A stretch of 64,000 bases of DNA from Leptolyngbyaceae cyanobacterium (GCA_965263355.1 CBDHHL010000032.1:1280001-1344000), one strand, 5' to 3'; counted from the first letter of the stretch, positions 19,515-30,382 are shown. The notes: generated by a model not told the origin, from the sequence alone. Numbers and translations are program-made.

Positions 19515-19895
19515 CTACTGTCGATGCCGGTTGACAATACTGCCAGAGAGGAGTTGACAGCCTGCCATTCGCCAGCTCAAATCCGATTGTTGTTGCATAA
19601 CACAAAGCGCCCGCACCAGGTTGCCACCTTGGGTCATCAACATCATTTTTAACGTAGGTTGTTGCTGAGTGTATACAATCCCTTCAAAAATGACGGCTCG
19701 CGGATTATAGATGGGCTGATAATTTATTTTGATCATTTCTACAAACCCATGGGGAGTGCCAAACTGCCGTTGTAGTTCTGGACATGCCAGGGAAAAGGCT
19801 GTTACTATATCGTCGTTCTTAAAGGCGGACAACTGGCGTTCAACGATGGCGCGAATGTCCAGTTCATCTTGGGTTGAGAGATTATTGTTATACAC
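19515..19895 (-). CDS. DUF4864-type protein
   Basis: IRAIVERQLSAF..DD...AFSLA.P..Q..FGTP..F..M and WRM.GC pattern. Confidence 0.7.
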   Translation of the reverse strand: MYNNNLSTQDELDIRAIVERQLSAFKNDDIVTAFSLACPELQRQFGTPHGFVEMIKINYQPIYNPRAVIFEGIVYTQQQPTLKMMLMTQGGNLVRALCVMQQQSDLSWRMAGCQLLSGSIVNRHRQ

Positions 19896-20156
19896 AGTTG
19901 TTACTCTGCTGCTGTTATGGTAATTATTTGTTCAGGGATAATATCCTGGTAAATGGGAATTTGCGTAAGTTAGTCAACAACGGGGGCTCGTTGTTAACCC
20001 ATGAAATTTATCAAAATTAATAGTTGATATGGGAGAGTACTCCACTAAGTGCAAAAGCATCCCATTAAATAGGCATTCAATTATCATCTCAGTCAGAGTA
20101 GTTGAGATGTAATTTCAACAAATATCTTGATGTCTTATGACATCTTTAAACTAATA

Positions 20157-20230
20157 GGGTGGTGTCAAGCTTCACTCCCATCCCCTGACGGCTATCTTGG
20201 GGAAAACATCCCGCTTTAAGCTGTTACCCC
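20157..20230. mobile_element. MITE-like family A, partial copy
   Basis: Right part TATCTTGGGGAAAACATCCCGCTTTAAGCTGTTACCCC matches the right end of the other copies. Confidence 0.45.
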
Positions 20231-20332
20231 AAAAACATTACAAATGATTAAACTAGTCCTGGTGGCAAATCCAGGTTCGATTGCTCAAATCTAAACGTCG
20301 GGTTGCTGCCAACTGTTTCTGTTGCGAAATAT

Positions 20333-21313
20333 ATGCCTGCCATAGCAGTGAAAAACCTGACCAAGGTTTATCCAGTTCCCATTAAACAGCCTGGGTTAGC
20401 GGGCACACTACGCCACTTTTTTCGGCGTCAATATCGTCAGGTCAAGGCGGTTAACGGCGTATCGTTTGCTGTGGAACCTGGTGAAATTGTTGGTTTTCTA
20501 GGTCCCAACGGGGCGGGCAAAACGACCACCTTAAAAATGTTGACCGGCTTAATTTATCCATCGTCAGGTCAAGTCAGGGTGACCGGACATGTACCGTTTC
20601 AACGGCAGCGTTCTTTTTTAGAGCAAATCACCTTGGTGATGGGGCAAAAGCAGCAATTGATTTGGGATCTACCCGCATTAGACTCATTGCGGATCAATGG
20701 GGCTATTTACGAACTCTCTAACCAGGAACTGCGCGATCGCATCCATGAGCTAGCTGAAATGCTGGATCTAACCGATAAACTAACCCAGCCCGTGCGTAAG
20801 CTTTCCTTGGGAGAACGGATGAAGGCTGAAATGCTGGCAGCTCTGTTGCATCGTCCCAAAGTACTCTTTCTGGACGAGCCTACCCTGGGCTTAGATGTCA
20901 ATGCCCAAATGGCCGTTCGAAAATTTTTGCAGATTTACAACCAGCGCTATCAGGCCACGATTATATTAACCAGCCACTACATGGCTGATATCACTGCACT
21001 GTGCGATCGCGTTTTACTAATTTACCAAGGACAGCTTATCTATGACGGCTCCTTAACCAGTTTGGTGGAAAAATTTGCCCCCTATCGTGAAGTCACCGCT
21101 GAGCTTGCCCAGGAAATCCCCGCTGAATCTTTAGCCGCCTATGGTGAAATTCAGTCCCTTGAGGGCTGCAAAGTTGTCCTGCTAGTTCGTCGAGACGAGC
21201 TGACCAAAACCGTATCCCAGGCCCTAGCCCAATTACCATTGCGTGACCTAACGGTAACCGACCCGCCAATTGAAGATGTTATTGGCAAAGTATTTGATGC
21301 AGGAAGCGTTTAG
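20333..21313 (+). CDS. ABC transporter ATP-binding protein
   Basis: GPNGAGKTT, LSLGERM, LFLDEPT, SH switch. ATG at 20333 preferred over TTG at 20303. Confidence 0.92.
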   Translation: MPAIAVKNLTKVYPVPIKQPGLAGTLRHFFRRQYRQVKAVNGVSFAVEPGEIVGFLGPNGAGKTTTLKMLTGLIYPSSGQVRVTGHVPFQRQRSFLEQITLVMGQKQQLIWDLPALDSLRINGAIYELSNQELRDRIHELAEMLDLTDKLTQPVRKLSLGERMKAEMLAALLHRPKVLFLDEPTLGLDVNAQMAVRKFLQIYNQRYQATIILTSHYMADITALCDRVLLIYQGQLIYDGSLTSLVEKFAPYREVTAELAQEIPAESLAAYGEIQSLEGCKVVLLVRRDELTKTVSQALAQLPLRDLTVTDPPIEDVIGKVFDAGSV

Positions 21314-21326
21314 ACAACACCAAGTC

Positions 21327-21429
21327 GGGTATCAACTTACACCAGGAAATTTCGGTTAGGTCAGAATTCGAAATTCCGAACTTCAAACTCTACACTATTG
21401 AGGCAATCATCCCGCTTGACCTTGATACC
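21327..21429. mobile_element. MITE-like family A, shorter copy
   Basis: GGGTATCAACTT...GGAAATTTCGGTTAGG...TCCCGCTT...TTGATACC. Confidence 0.55.
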
Positions 21430-21539
21430 TTCAAATCCGAGTTCATTAATCTCAATTGACAATGCATCATCCGGTAGGGGCATTCCCTTGTGGATACCCT
21501 GCGATATTAGTCGCTACCAACCAGGATTTTGCATCACCA

Positions 21540-22127
21540 TTAACCCCCGTCTCCAATAAAAGGAGTACCCCAAAATTTCCAATTTTCCTTGTTAAAAGGC
21601 GATCTCCACTTATATATGAGAGATGATTCAATGGCTTGACGTAGACGACGATCAGCCGGAGCACGACGCCAAAAAGCAATACCTAGCTGACTCTCTAGAT
21701 TGTAATGATAGTGAGTCTGACGATAGTTCATCAGATAGCGTTTACAATCATGTTCCCCTTTCCAACGCTGATTTGACTTGACCGTTTCGCCGACATATAA
21801 AAGTAGCTCACTCTGATAATCGATCACAAAGTAAAGGGCAGCCACACCCACATCCCTAAATTGCCACCGCCAAAACTCTGTATTTTGCTGAGGCAATGTA
21901 AAGGGAGCAATTGTTTCAGCAGGGTCAATTGTCGCCGCAAATAAGCTAGTTTGCTCCATAGCTGGTGACACTTTGGCAGCCCTTTGGAAAGTGGCCACTT
22001 TCTGTTTCCAGGCCATTAGTTCATGTTGACCTAGATATGTCTGAGTTTGAAAATTCTGATATTGAGACCGGCTAACAGCCTGTTGCTCCGCTTCACTAAA
22101 CAGGGATGCCTGTTTTCGAGTACCCAT
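21540..22127 (-). CDS. GIY-YIG nuclease-family protein
   Basis: ALYFVID...LLYVGET...RW...H and a C-terminal E...I....PFN. Confidence 0.75.
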   Translation of the reverse strand: MGTRKQASLFSEAEQQAVSRSQYQNFQTQTYLGQHELMAWKQKVATFQRAAKVSPAMEQTSLFAATIDPAETIAPFTLPQQNTEFWRWQFRDVGVAALYFVIDYQSELLLYVGETVKSNQRWKGEHDCKRYLMNYRQTHYHYNLESQLGIAFWRRAPADRRLRQAIESSLIYKWRSPFNKENWKFWGTPFIGDGG

Positions 22128-22666
22128 GGACGTACTCCAACGTAAACGCTAGATATAGTGTAATGATCCGTTTGATAAACCATCATACCTCTCCATCTAG
22201 CATCAACAATACCTACTTTACAATTCCTACGATAAATCTGTCCTAAACCTAAATTTAGTCTGGAAAGTTAACCATAGACCTTGTAATAGGTACTATCGAC
22301 ATCGGCCTACTAATCTTCTAAGTCATTAATATTGGCTTACTAATGTTCCAAGTAACGGCACGTCATGCATAATGATCTAAAAGTAGCCCTACATTATGAA
22401 GACATCTACTAAATCTAAGGGTGAGTTTGTATTGTTTCTGTAGGTACCATCGTTAGATTGTGTCGGGGTCTGCGGTTACTACTTAAAATTATGTAGAGTC
22501 GAGGGTGGCTACCGAGTAAATGCTGTGCTGAGCTAGCAATCATTTAGGCGTTACTCGTTAGGCTCAGTCAATGGAACAGTATATAAATATCCCATCTGAT
22601 AGAACTTTTGGGCAATCTAAAGTTGCCGATAATTCTCCCAGTCTGTTGTAAGTATTGCTATAGATT

Positions 22667-23656
22667 ATGGTCGATAGTGTTAAGACATCCTCTTTTGTTT
22701 CAGCGGTAGTTCAATCGGAGTTTCAAACCATTCAGCTACCCGTCAGTGTGGCGGTGGTTGAAGCGACAGCATTTAAGAAGCAATGTCAAACGCTTTTTGC
22801 TGAGCAACCCGATTTGTCTGAACTGGTGTTAGATTTTTCGGCAACACGTTTTATTGATAGTAGCGGCATTGGTGCCCTAGTTATCTGTCACCGTTTGAGT
22901 GCTGCTAAAGGCTGCAAACTTCGGTTAGTTAATGTCACACCTCAGGTGATGATGGTACTGTCATTAACTGAGTTGGATAAAGTATTTGACATTACTCTGG
23001 CTGCCACAGATAGTGCTGACCCAGGGGATCAGGCTTTACCTGAAACTCATCCCTCAGTGAATTCTAGGACAAAGCGGGCGCTTGACATTTTAGGCGCATT
23101 GGTGGGGTTATTCTTGACTGCTCTGGTTTATGTACCCGTTGCAATCATTATCAAATTGGATGATGGTGGTCCCATATTTTTTGCCCAGACTCGTTGTTCT
23201 TGGCTTGGTAAGCGGTTCAAGATCTGGAAGTTTCGTTCCATGGTGACGAACGCCGAAGCCCTTAAGAGCAAGGTGGCCAATCAAGTGGAAGGTCCGCTGT
23301 TCAAGAATGAAAACGATCCTCGGATTACCAAGATTGGGCATTTCCTTCGTAAAACTAGTTTGGATGAATTCCCTCAGTTTTGGAATGTGCTCAAAGGTGA
23401 CATGAGTCTGGTGGGAACCCGCCCTCCGACACCGGATGAAATTGAGCAGTATGAAGTGGGCGCATGGCAGCGTCTGAATGTTAAGCCAGGCATGACAGGT
23501 GAATGGCAGGTGAATGGTCGTTCCAGTATTACTAAGTTTGAAGATGTCATCAAACTAGACCTGCGCTATCAAGAGAACTGGAGTTTCTTCTACGACATTA
23601 AGCTAATCGTCAAGACTGTTCTAGTTCTGTTTAGTAAAGAGTCCGGTGCTCACTAG
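22667..23656 (+). CDS. STAS (anti-sigma antagonist) domain fused to a bacterial sugar transferase
   Basis: FIDSSGIGAL STAS motif; KRALDI, KFRSM, DPRITKIG.FLRKTSLDEFPQ and KPGMTG.WQV. Confidence 0.92.
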   Translation: MVDSVKTSSFVSAVVQSEFQTIQLPVSVAVVEATAFKKQCQTLFAEQPDLSELVLDFSATRFIDSSGIGALVICHRLSAAKGCKLRLVNVTPQVMMVLSLTELDKVFDITLAATDSADPGDQALPETHPSVNSRTKRALDILGALVGLFLTALVYVPVAIIIKLDDGGPIFFAQTRCSWLGKRFKIWKFRSMVTNAEALKSKVANQVEGPLFKNENDPRITKIGHFLRKTSLDEFPQFWNVLKGDMSLVGTRPPTPDEIEQYEVGAWQRLNVKPGMTGEWQVNGRSSITKFEDVIKLDLRYQENWSFFYDIKLIVKTVLVLFSKESGAH

Positions 23657-23695
23657 AGCCTTTTGGATACTATCTGGAAAACTAGAGAAGGACTG

Positions 23696-23736
23696 AAAAA
23701 AGGCGTGATGGATTTCGACCCATCACGCCTTTTTTT
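23696..23736. terminator. Bidirectional intrinsic terminator
   Basis: A-run, GGCGTGATGG stem, CCATCACGCC, T-run, between convergent genes. Confidence 0.85.
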
Positions 23737-23755
23737 ACTTTACGCTAACCTTAAG

Positions 23756-24157
23756 TTAACCAACCTCTACTTGGCTAGTGTCTACAGCAGTAGTGCCATC
23801 AACGTCTTTGGCAACAGCAACCATTTTGTCGAGAATGGCTTGGCTGGGAACTTTACCTTTAAGGACGACTTTGCTGCTCAGCTGAGCGACCCAAAGGGTA
23901 TCAACATCATCTAGCTGAGAATCTTCATCGAAAGCAAGGGCAACGCGCTTAGCTAAGCCACTTTCGTCAAATTCACCAGTAAGGCCAACTTTGTAATCAG
24001 GAATATCATCTTCTGCAGCGGCTGCAGGAGCATTACTAGCAGCAGCGGTGGGCGCAGCAGCGGCTGGAGCAGAATTTCTGCCTTTAGGACGGCGACCGAC
24101 CTTAGTGCTAGCACCCGCAGGCTTGTCCTGCTTGAACATACGTTTTAGAAAACCCAT
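23756..24157 (-). CDS. BON-domain protein
   Basis: Ala/Pro-rich linker followed by SGLAKRVALA...VVLKGKVPS...V.G...V. Confidence 0.8.
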   Translation of the reverse strand: MGFLKRMFKQDKPAGASTKVGRRPKGRNSAPAAAAPTAAASNAPAAAAEDDIPDYKVGLTGEFDESGLAKRVALAFDEDSQLDDVDTLWVAQLSSKVVLKGKVPSQAILDKMVAVAKDVDGTTAVDTSQVEVG

Positions 24158-24415
24158 GAAAATTTCCTACGTGAATACCACAAGTGAGTAGAACAAATGC
24201 CTCACAATGACAAGCGTAGCGGTTGGCTTTTGATCTCACCCACATCTTCAGAATCAAATAACGTTAATGACGTTGGATGGCGTATTTTTTCTGCGCTAGA
24301 TGGTAGATTTTTAGACTTCCGGAATTGTCGTAGTGCGTAATCACCAGGGGTGACGTTGAAGGAACTTGCTATAGTCTGAACACGGTTGCACAGGATGTTT
24401 TCGACAAAGCGAACC

Positions 24416-25456
24416 ATGGTGCGAGATGGGATGCAAACGTTGACGAATCGCTATTTTGGCGGGCGGCGGGTGTCGCCTATGGCGCTAAAACATATGCGCG
24501 ATAGCTTGATGGATGATTCGGAGTTGAATCGTGACTATGTGGTGATGACCATTGGCGCGTGCATTATTGCGACGCTGGGTCTGTTGTCAGATAGTGCGGC
24601 GGTGATTATTGGGGCGATGCTGGTGGCTCCCTTGATGTTACCGATCCGTGGCATGGCCTTTGGTTTTTTGGAAGGCGATGTTGAGTTAATTCAGGAAGGG
24701 GTTAAGGCGCTGGGGATAGGGACTGCGATCGCAATTGCCCTGTCCACCGCCCTGGGGATGATGCTGGGCCTCTCAGAATATGGTGCTGAGGTCTGGGCAC
24801 GCTCAGAACCGACGCTGCTGGACCTGGGGATTGCGATTACGGCTGGCGGTATTAGCGGCTTTGCTAAGGTACAGCCAAAGATTTCAAATACGTTGTCGGG
24901 GACTGCGATCGCAGTCGCCTTAATGCCACCGGTATGTGTAATTGGCCTAGGGTTGGCCCAGGGCAAACTGGGGCTAAGTCAGGGAGCGCTCCTACTCTAT
25001 TTGACCAATTTAATTGGTATTACCCTGGCCTGTATGCTGGCCTTTTGGCTGACGGGGTATGCCCTGTTTCAAAAAGCGCGCAAGCCTCTCAGATATATAC
25101 TACTGATTACAGCCGCGTTGATTTTTCCATTGGCGATCAGTTTAGTAGAGTTAGTCCGGCAAAATCGTTTGGAAGATGATGTGCGGGATGTCTTGGTCAA
25201 TGGCACATTAACCTTTCAACGTTCAGAGCTGGTCGATAGTGATATTAACTGGCGGACAAACCCACCAGAAGTTCGCTTGAAGGTGTATAGCACAGAACCG
25301 GTGACACCAAAGCAGGTACAACTGTTAGAAGACTATGTGGAAGATCGAATGGATCGAGAGCTTAAACTGATCTTTCGGGTAAGTGAGGTAGAAGAGGTAA
25401 CCAGAGACGAGGCACAGCCCGCCAGTGCAGAGCCAGTCACTACTGAAGAGGAATAA
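24416..25456 (+). CDS. DUF389 membrane protein
   Basis: IATLGLL.DSAAVIIGAMLVAPLM and GTAIAVALMPP. Start codon uncertain. Confidence 0.85.
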   Translation: MVRDGMQTLTNRYFGGRRVSPMALKHMRDSLMDDSELNRDYVVMTIGACIIATLGLLSDSAAVIIGAMLVAPLMLPIRGMAFGFLEGDVELIQEGVKALGIGTAIAIALSTALGMMLGLSEYGAEVWARSEPTLLDLGIAITAGGISGFAKVQPKISNTLSGTAIAVALMPPVCVIGLGLAQGKLGLSQGALLLYLTNLIGITLACMLAFWLTGYALFQKARKPLRYILLITAALIFPLAISLVELVRQNRLEDDVRDVLVNGTLTFQRSELVDSDINWRTNPPEVRLKVYSTEPVTPKQVQLLEDYVEDRMDRELKLIFRVSEVEEVTRDEAQPASAEPVTTEEE

Positions 25457-25464
25457 TCGAGCCT

Positions 25465-25529
25465 GTAGGTGCACGCCCTTGTGGATGCCCCATTTTACCG
25501 TAGGGCACGCCCTTGTAGATGCCCCTACG
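25465..25529. repeat. GTAG-type REP palindrome doublet
   Basis: GTAGGTGCACGCCCTTGTGGATGCCCC and GTAGGGCACGCCCTTGTAGATGCCCCTAC. Confidence 0.6.
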
Positions 25530-25610
25530 GACTGATGCATTTTAATCGGGATTAATCAATTTGGAGTTGGTGTTAGGCGTCTGCATGAAAATAATGTACC
25601 GTTTTGAAAC

Positions 25611-26210
25611 ATGTTTGAGATCTACAGTTATATATTTAGCAAGTATTTTGAGCTAACGGCTGATCCGGAGGATATTTTTGCGGAGTTGGGAGCCATCTTC
25701 AAAAAGCAAGCATTACAGCTACCGGCTGCATCAGAAGGGCTTGATTTTTTACCCACCCTAGAAAAAAGACTTATTCAAACACTTGAACTGGTTGATTTAA
25801 CTAGTGAAATGGCACGACGAGAGACTTTAATTGCGCCTGTTTTGTTAGAGGTTTGTGCGCAAACACACCAACAACTCAAAATTGAGTATGCAGTCGATGT
25901 GAGTAAATGGCTGCGGAGCAGTTTTGATTATTTTATTCCTAGTGCTCAAAATTTACTGATTATTGAAGCGAAGTAGGCAGATTTGGCGCGAGGATTTGTG
26001 CAGCTTGGGGCGGAGTTGATTGCGTTAGACCAGTGGACTCGTTCGGATAATCCATTGTTATATGGGGCGATTACTACGGGAGATGCTTGGAAGTTTGGCT
26101 GTTTTGAACGAGCAAGCAGAGTACTACGGCAAGATATTGGTTTGTATGCAGTTCCTTCTGATTTAAAGCAGCTGGTAGCCATTTTACTCGGGATTATTCA
26201 AGGCTATTAA
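25611..26210 (+). pseudogene. Restriction-endonuclease-fold (PD-(D/E)xK-like) protein interrupted by an in-frame TAG at 25974-25976
   Basis: SE.ARRE.LIAPVL, FDY..., IEAK*ADL.RGF.QL.AELIA and YGAITTG..W.F are continuous in one frame across the stop. Confidence 0.7.
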
Positions 26211-26302
26211 TAAGGGCTACACCCAATTCTCACCAGTTAGTCCAGGTACAGTAAAAACTCTTTTTTATGGTTGGTGACTAGACTAATATCTAGCTTTCAT
26301 AA

Positions 26303-26593
26303 AGTCATCGGAAAAAACAATGGGTAAGAGAGAATTCAGATCAGTACTGTCCTGTTTGTAGTCAGCGATTTTCAGAACGTGATGGTCGTACCATTGATCA
26401 TAAACTGCCGCGTGCTCAATACCTCTGGTTATCCCTCGATTTTCGAAATCTTTGGGTGATTTGTCGTGTCTGCAATCAAGAGAAAGGTGAGCGTCATTGG
26501 TATGAGTATGAACACTATATACTTATCAATCATCCTGAGTACTATCAGGATGTTGCTATATTTCGACCGCGACAGTTACTCAAAAACCTGTAG
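26303..26593 (+). pseudogene. HNH endonuclease remnant (not in the ORF track; no in-frame start)
   Basis: Manual translation: ..WVRENSDQYCPVCSQRF...TIDHKLPRAQY...FRNLWVICRVCNQEKGERHW...LKNL*. Confidence 0.75.
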
Positions 26594-26934
26594 ACGTTGT
26601 GTTACCTGAATGCACTCTGTTAAAATTATTGATTGCCCATCTCCTCAACATTTCATAATTTATTTCTTGACTCCCTAGATCAACTGCTCTACCGTAAACA
26701 ACAGGTCCGCGAGACCTTCAGAACTCAACCCCTTAGCGCTATCGGCAGGTGCTAGCAACACCCGCCGACAGCTAACCTAGCAAGCTGATCAGGCCAGCTT
26801 GAAGGCTAATGTTAAATGTACCTTAGCCCTTCCAGTTTGCAACTCTTGCAGGACGGCTAAGGCTTGAGTTTTGGTCCATAGGCCAGGTAAATCGTTACCT
26901 GGCCACCTATCCACCTACAAAGGCGACCAAAACC

Positions 26935-27180
26935 ATGTTCCAAGACACCAACCAGGGCGCAGGCGCGGCCAATCTTCCCCCTGCCCACAATCCCCTCCCC
27001 GACTACGAGTTTGACATCGTCCGACACACCCTGTTCGGCACCCTAGACGCCGTCCAAAACACCATCAAACTCCTCCACAAGCTCAACTACGCCGACCCCA
27101 ACGACTGGAGCCGCCCCCTGCCCACCGGTCGCGTTAACGAAGTCATGGCCATTTTGACCAAACGAGTCCGAGTTGGATAA
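26935..27180 (+). CDS. Small cyanobacterial hypothetical protein with a structured 5' leader
   Basis: RH.L.G...AV..TI..LH.LNYA....WS..LPT pattern; several hairpins in 26735-26905. Confidence 0.7.
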   Translation: MFQDTNQGAGAANLPPAHNPLPDYEFDIVRHTLFGTLDAVQNTIKLLHKLNYADPNDWSRPLPTGRVNEVMAILTKRVRVG

Positions 27181-27259
27181 ACAGATTCTGACTAGGTGCG
27201 TTGTAACGTAAACGTAGTGTAGTGGCACAGTATGCTGTGCCACTACACTCGACAAGTCC

Positions 27260-30200
27260 CTACATCGCTGGTCCCTGGTGTGATTTAAACGATTCGCTCA
27301 GCCCCTTAACCAGAATGTATAAAATCGGTACTACAAACAAGCTTAAAAACGTCGCTACAAACATCCCCCCAAAGACCGCTGTCCCTAGCGACTGACGACT
27401 CCCCGCACCGGCCCCCGTAGCAATCACCAATGGAAAAATACTACTCAGTGTAGAAATCGCCGTCATCAAAATCGGTCGCATTCTAGACTGGGCCGATTCT
27501 AATGCCGCTTTGACAATGGGTAATCCCTGGTCCCGTAGCTGGTTGGCAAACTCCACAATTAAAATAGAATTTTTACTGGCTAGACCAATCAACATTACCA
27601 GACCAATCTGACAATAAACATCATTGGGTAACCCTCGCATGGACTGGGCTAACAGGGCTCCAAACACCGCCAACGGCACCGCAAAAAGAATAATCACCGG
27701 ATCCACATAGCTCTCGTACTGGGCTGCTAAAACCAGAAATACAAAAACGATACCCAGACCAAAGATAATCGGCGCTTGACTGCCCGACTCAATCTCTTCC
27801 AGGGCACTGCCCGTCCATTCATAGCCCAGACTCGCTGGCAACACCTGCTCCGCCACCGTTTCCATGGTGTCGATAGCGGCCCCCGAACTCACGCCGGGGG
27901 CTGCCTGACCATTGATTTCAATGGACCGAAAGAGATTGTAATGGTTAATGGTTTGGGCTCCGGTAGTCTCGCTCAGACTTACCAGATTACCCATGGAAAT
28001 CATGGCATCGTTGTTGGAACGTACATAAAGCCTATTAATGTCGTCTGGCGATGAGCGATATTGTTGGTCGGCCTGGACATAGACGCGGTAGGTCCGGCCT
28101 TGTAAGGTAAAGTCGTTGACATAGCGTGACCCCAAATAGGTTTGCAGGGTACCAAAGACTTCATTAATGTCAACATCCAATGCCTTCGCCTTGTCGCGAT
28201 CTACGTCAATCTCAATCAGGGGAGAATTTGCGGCGTAGGTACTAAACACCGCCTGCAGGCTGGGGTTCTGGTTGGCTGCCCCTAGCAGGCCAAACATATT
28301 TTGTACTAGGGTATCGATGGTTAAGTTACCACGTCGATCTTGGAGCTGAAACTGGAAACCGCTAAAACTGCTAAGCCCCTGAATCGAGGGAGGATTGACT
28401 GGAAATACACGGGCCTCTGTAATCTGGGAGAACTGGCCAAAGAGTTGACCAATCAGGCTAAAGGATGTTGTACCGGGGGGCCGTTCTTGCCAGGGGACCA
28501 GGGTGGTAAAGACAACACCATTGTTGGCAGTATTACCATTAAAGCTAAAGCCCCCCACCGCAAAGGTAGCCCTCACGCCATCCTGGGCCAAAATTGTCTC
28601 TTCTACCTGGCGCATTACCTTACTGGTCTGGTTTAGCGATGTGCCCTCTGGTCCCTGGATCAGGGTAATGAAATAGCCCTGGTCTTCGTCAGGCAAAAAG
28701 GCGGAGGGGACACTGCTGTAGAGCCAGCCGGTTAAGACCAGGGATAGGACAAAGGCCGCTAAAACAAAGGCTTTAAGCCGATTGAGAATGCGTAGCGTAT
28801 CGCCATACTGGACCCGCAGATTGTCTAAAAATCGGTTAAAGGGGGTAAAAATAATGTCCAGCCAGCCGTGTCCGCCAGTGTTTTGACGCAGCAGTAACCC
28901 CGCCAGGGTGGGGGTAAGGGTAAGGGCATTAAAGGTGGAGAGTGCGATCGCAAACGCAATGGTCAACGCAAACTGTCGATACAGTGCCCCGGTGGTCCCT
29001 GGAAAAAATGCCACCGGAATAAACACCGCCATCAGCACCAACGATGTCGCAATCACAGCCCCCGTCAGCTCCCGCATCGACTCCACCGCCGCCAGCGTGG
29101 GGGACAAGCCTCGATGCTGAATCTTAGAGGAAATGTCTTCTACCACCACAATGGCATCATCCACCACCATGCCCGTGGCCAGGGTCAGGCCAAACAGAGT
29201 CAAACTGTTGATGGAAAAGCCAAAGATTTTAACAATTGTAAATGTGCCAATCAGGGCGATGGGAATGGTAATCGCTGGAATTACTGTTGTCCGCCAATCT
29301 TGCAGAAACAGATAAATCACCAGCACCACCAAACCCACCGCCTGAATCAGGGTCCAAACTACACGGGAGAGAGACTGACGCACAAATTCTGTAGTATCAA
29401 AACCAATGCCGTACTCCATCCCCTGGGGAAACTCCTGTGACAGCTCTGCCATCACATCTTTCACCCCCTGGGCCACCTGCAACGCATTACTACCAGGCAG
29501 TTGGAAAATTCCCAACCCCACCGATTCATTGCCCTTAAATCGCAGGAACGTACTGTAGCTTTCTGCCCCTAACTCTGCCCGCCCCACATCCTTAAGCTTC
29601 ACCAGGGAACCATTCTCGCCAGTTTTCACCACCAGCTCTTCAAACTCAGACACCTCCTGCAAACGACTCACTGCCCGCAGGTCAATCTGAAAGGTTTGGT
29701 CCTCCGGTGAAGGCGGCTGACCAATTTGTCCCGCCCCAATCTGAATATTTTGTTCTTGCAGGGCTTCAACAACGTCATCGGCAGTCAGATCGCGGCTAGC
29801 CAACCGCTGGGGGTCTAACCACAGCCGCATCGCATAGGTGCGTTCACCAAAAATTACCACATCCCCAACACCGGGCACCCGCCGCAGGGCATCGACAATA
29901 TAGAGGTCGGCGTAGTTACTCAAAAACACATTATCAAAGGTGTCATCCTCTGAAAACAGACTCATGGCCAGCAAAATATTACTGTTCTGCTTAGACACCA
30001 CTACGCCTGTCTGACGTACTTCTTCTGGCAGCTGAGGCTCTGCTAGAGAGACTCGATTTTGTACATCTACCGCCGCAATGTCCTTATCTCGACTGGCGTC
30101 AAAGGTAACAACAATATTGCTAATGCCATTGTTACTGCTATTGGAGGAGATATAGCGCATCCCCTCCACCCCATTAATCTCCCGTTCCAGTACCGTGGTT

Positions 30201-30382
30201 ACCGCTTTTTCAACGGTTTCGGCATCGGCACCAATATAGGTAGCTGTAACATTAATCTGGGTAGGACTAATGTCTGGGTATTGGGCAATGGGCAGGGTGG
30301 GAATACTGACCGCACCAATTAACAAAATGATAATGGCGCAAACAGTGGCAAAAACAGGCCGCTTAATAAAATAGTTGACCAT
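27260..30382 (-). CDS. RND efflux permease (HAE1/AcrB family)
   Basis: FIKRPVFA, YAMRLWLDP, GMVVDDAIVVVE, SKNSILIVEFA and RMRPILMT. Confidence 0.96.
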   Translation of the reverse strand: MVNYFIKRPVFATVCAIIILLIGAVSIPTLPIAQYPDISPTQINVTATYIGADAETVEKAVTTVLEREINGVEGMRYISSNSSNNGISNIVVTFDASRDKDIAAVDVQNRVSLAEPQLPEEVRQTGVVVSKQNSNILLAMSLFSEDDTFDNVFLSNYADLYIVDALRRVPGVGDVVIFGERTYAMRLWLDPQRLASRDLTADDVVEALQEQNIQIGAGQIGQPPSPEDQTFQIDLRAVSRLQEVSEFEELVVKTGENGSLVKLKDVGRAELGAESYSTFLRFKGNESVGLGIFQLPGSNALQVAQGVKDVMAELSQEFPQGMEYGIGFDTTEFVRQSLSRVVWTLIQAVGLVVLVIYLFLQDWRTTVIPAITIPIALIGTFTIVKIFGFSINSLTLFGLTLATGMVVDDAIVVVEDISSKIQHRGLSPTLAAVESMRELTGAVIATSLVLMAVFIPVAFFPGTTGALYRQFALTIAFAIALSTFNALTLTPTLAGLLLRQNTGGHGWLDIIFTPFNRFLDNLRVQYGDTLRILNRLKAFVLAAFVLSLVLTGWLYSSVPSAFLPDEDQGYFITLIQGPEGTSLNQTSKVMRQVEETILAQDGVRATFAVGGFSFNGNTANNGVVFTTLVPWQERPPGTTSFSLIGQLFGQFSQITEARVFPVNPPSIQGLSSFSGFQFQLQDRRGNLTIDTLVQNMFGLLGAANQNPSLQAVFSTYAANSPLIEIDVDRDKAKALDVDINEVFGTLQTYLGSRYVNDFTLQGRTYRVYVQADQQYRSSPDDINRLYVRSNNDAMISMGNLVSLSETTGAQTINHYNLFRSIEINGQAAPGVSSGAAIDTMETVAEQVLPASLGYEWTGSALEEIESGSQAPIIFGLGIVFVFLVLAAQYESYVDPVIILFAVPLAVFGALLAQSMRGLPNDVYCQIGLVMLIGLASKNSILIVEFANQLRDQGLPIVKAALESAQSRMRPILMTAISTLSSIFPLVIATGAGAGSRQSLGTAVFGGMFVATFLSLFVVPILYILVKGLSESFKSHQGPAM

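Noticed and set aside
22119..22138. AGTAC...GTACT palindrome at the GIY-YIG gene start as a LexA box
   Set aside because: The spacer is 8 nt rather than 4, and it overlaps the start codon.
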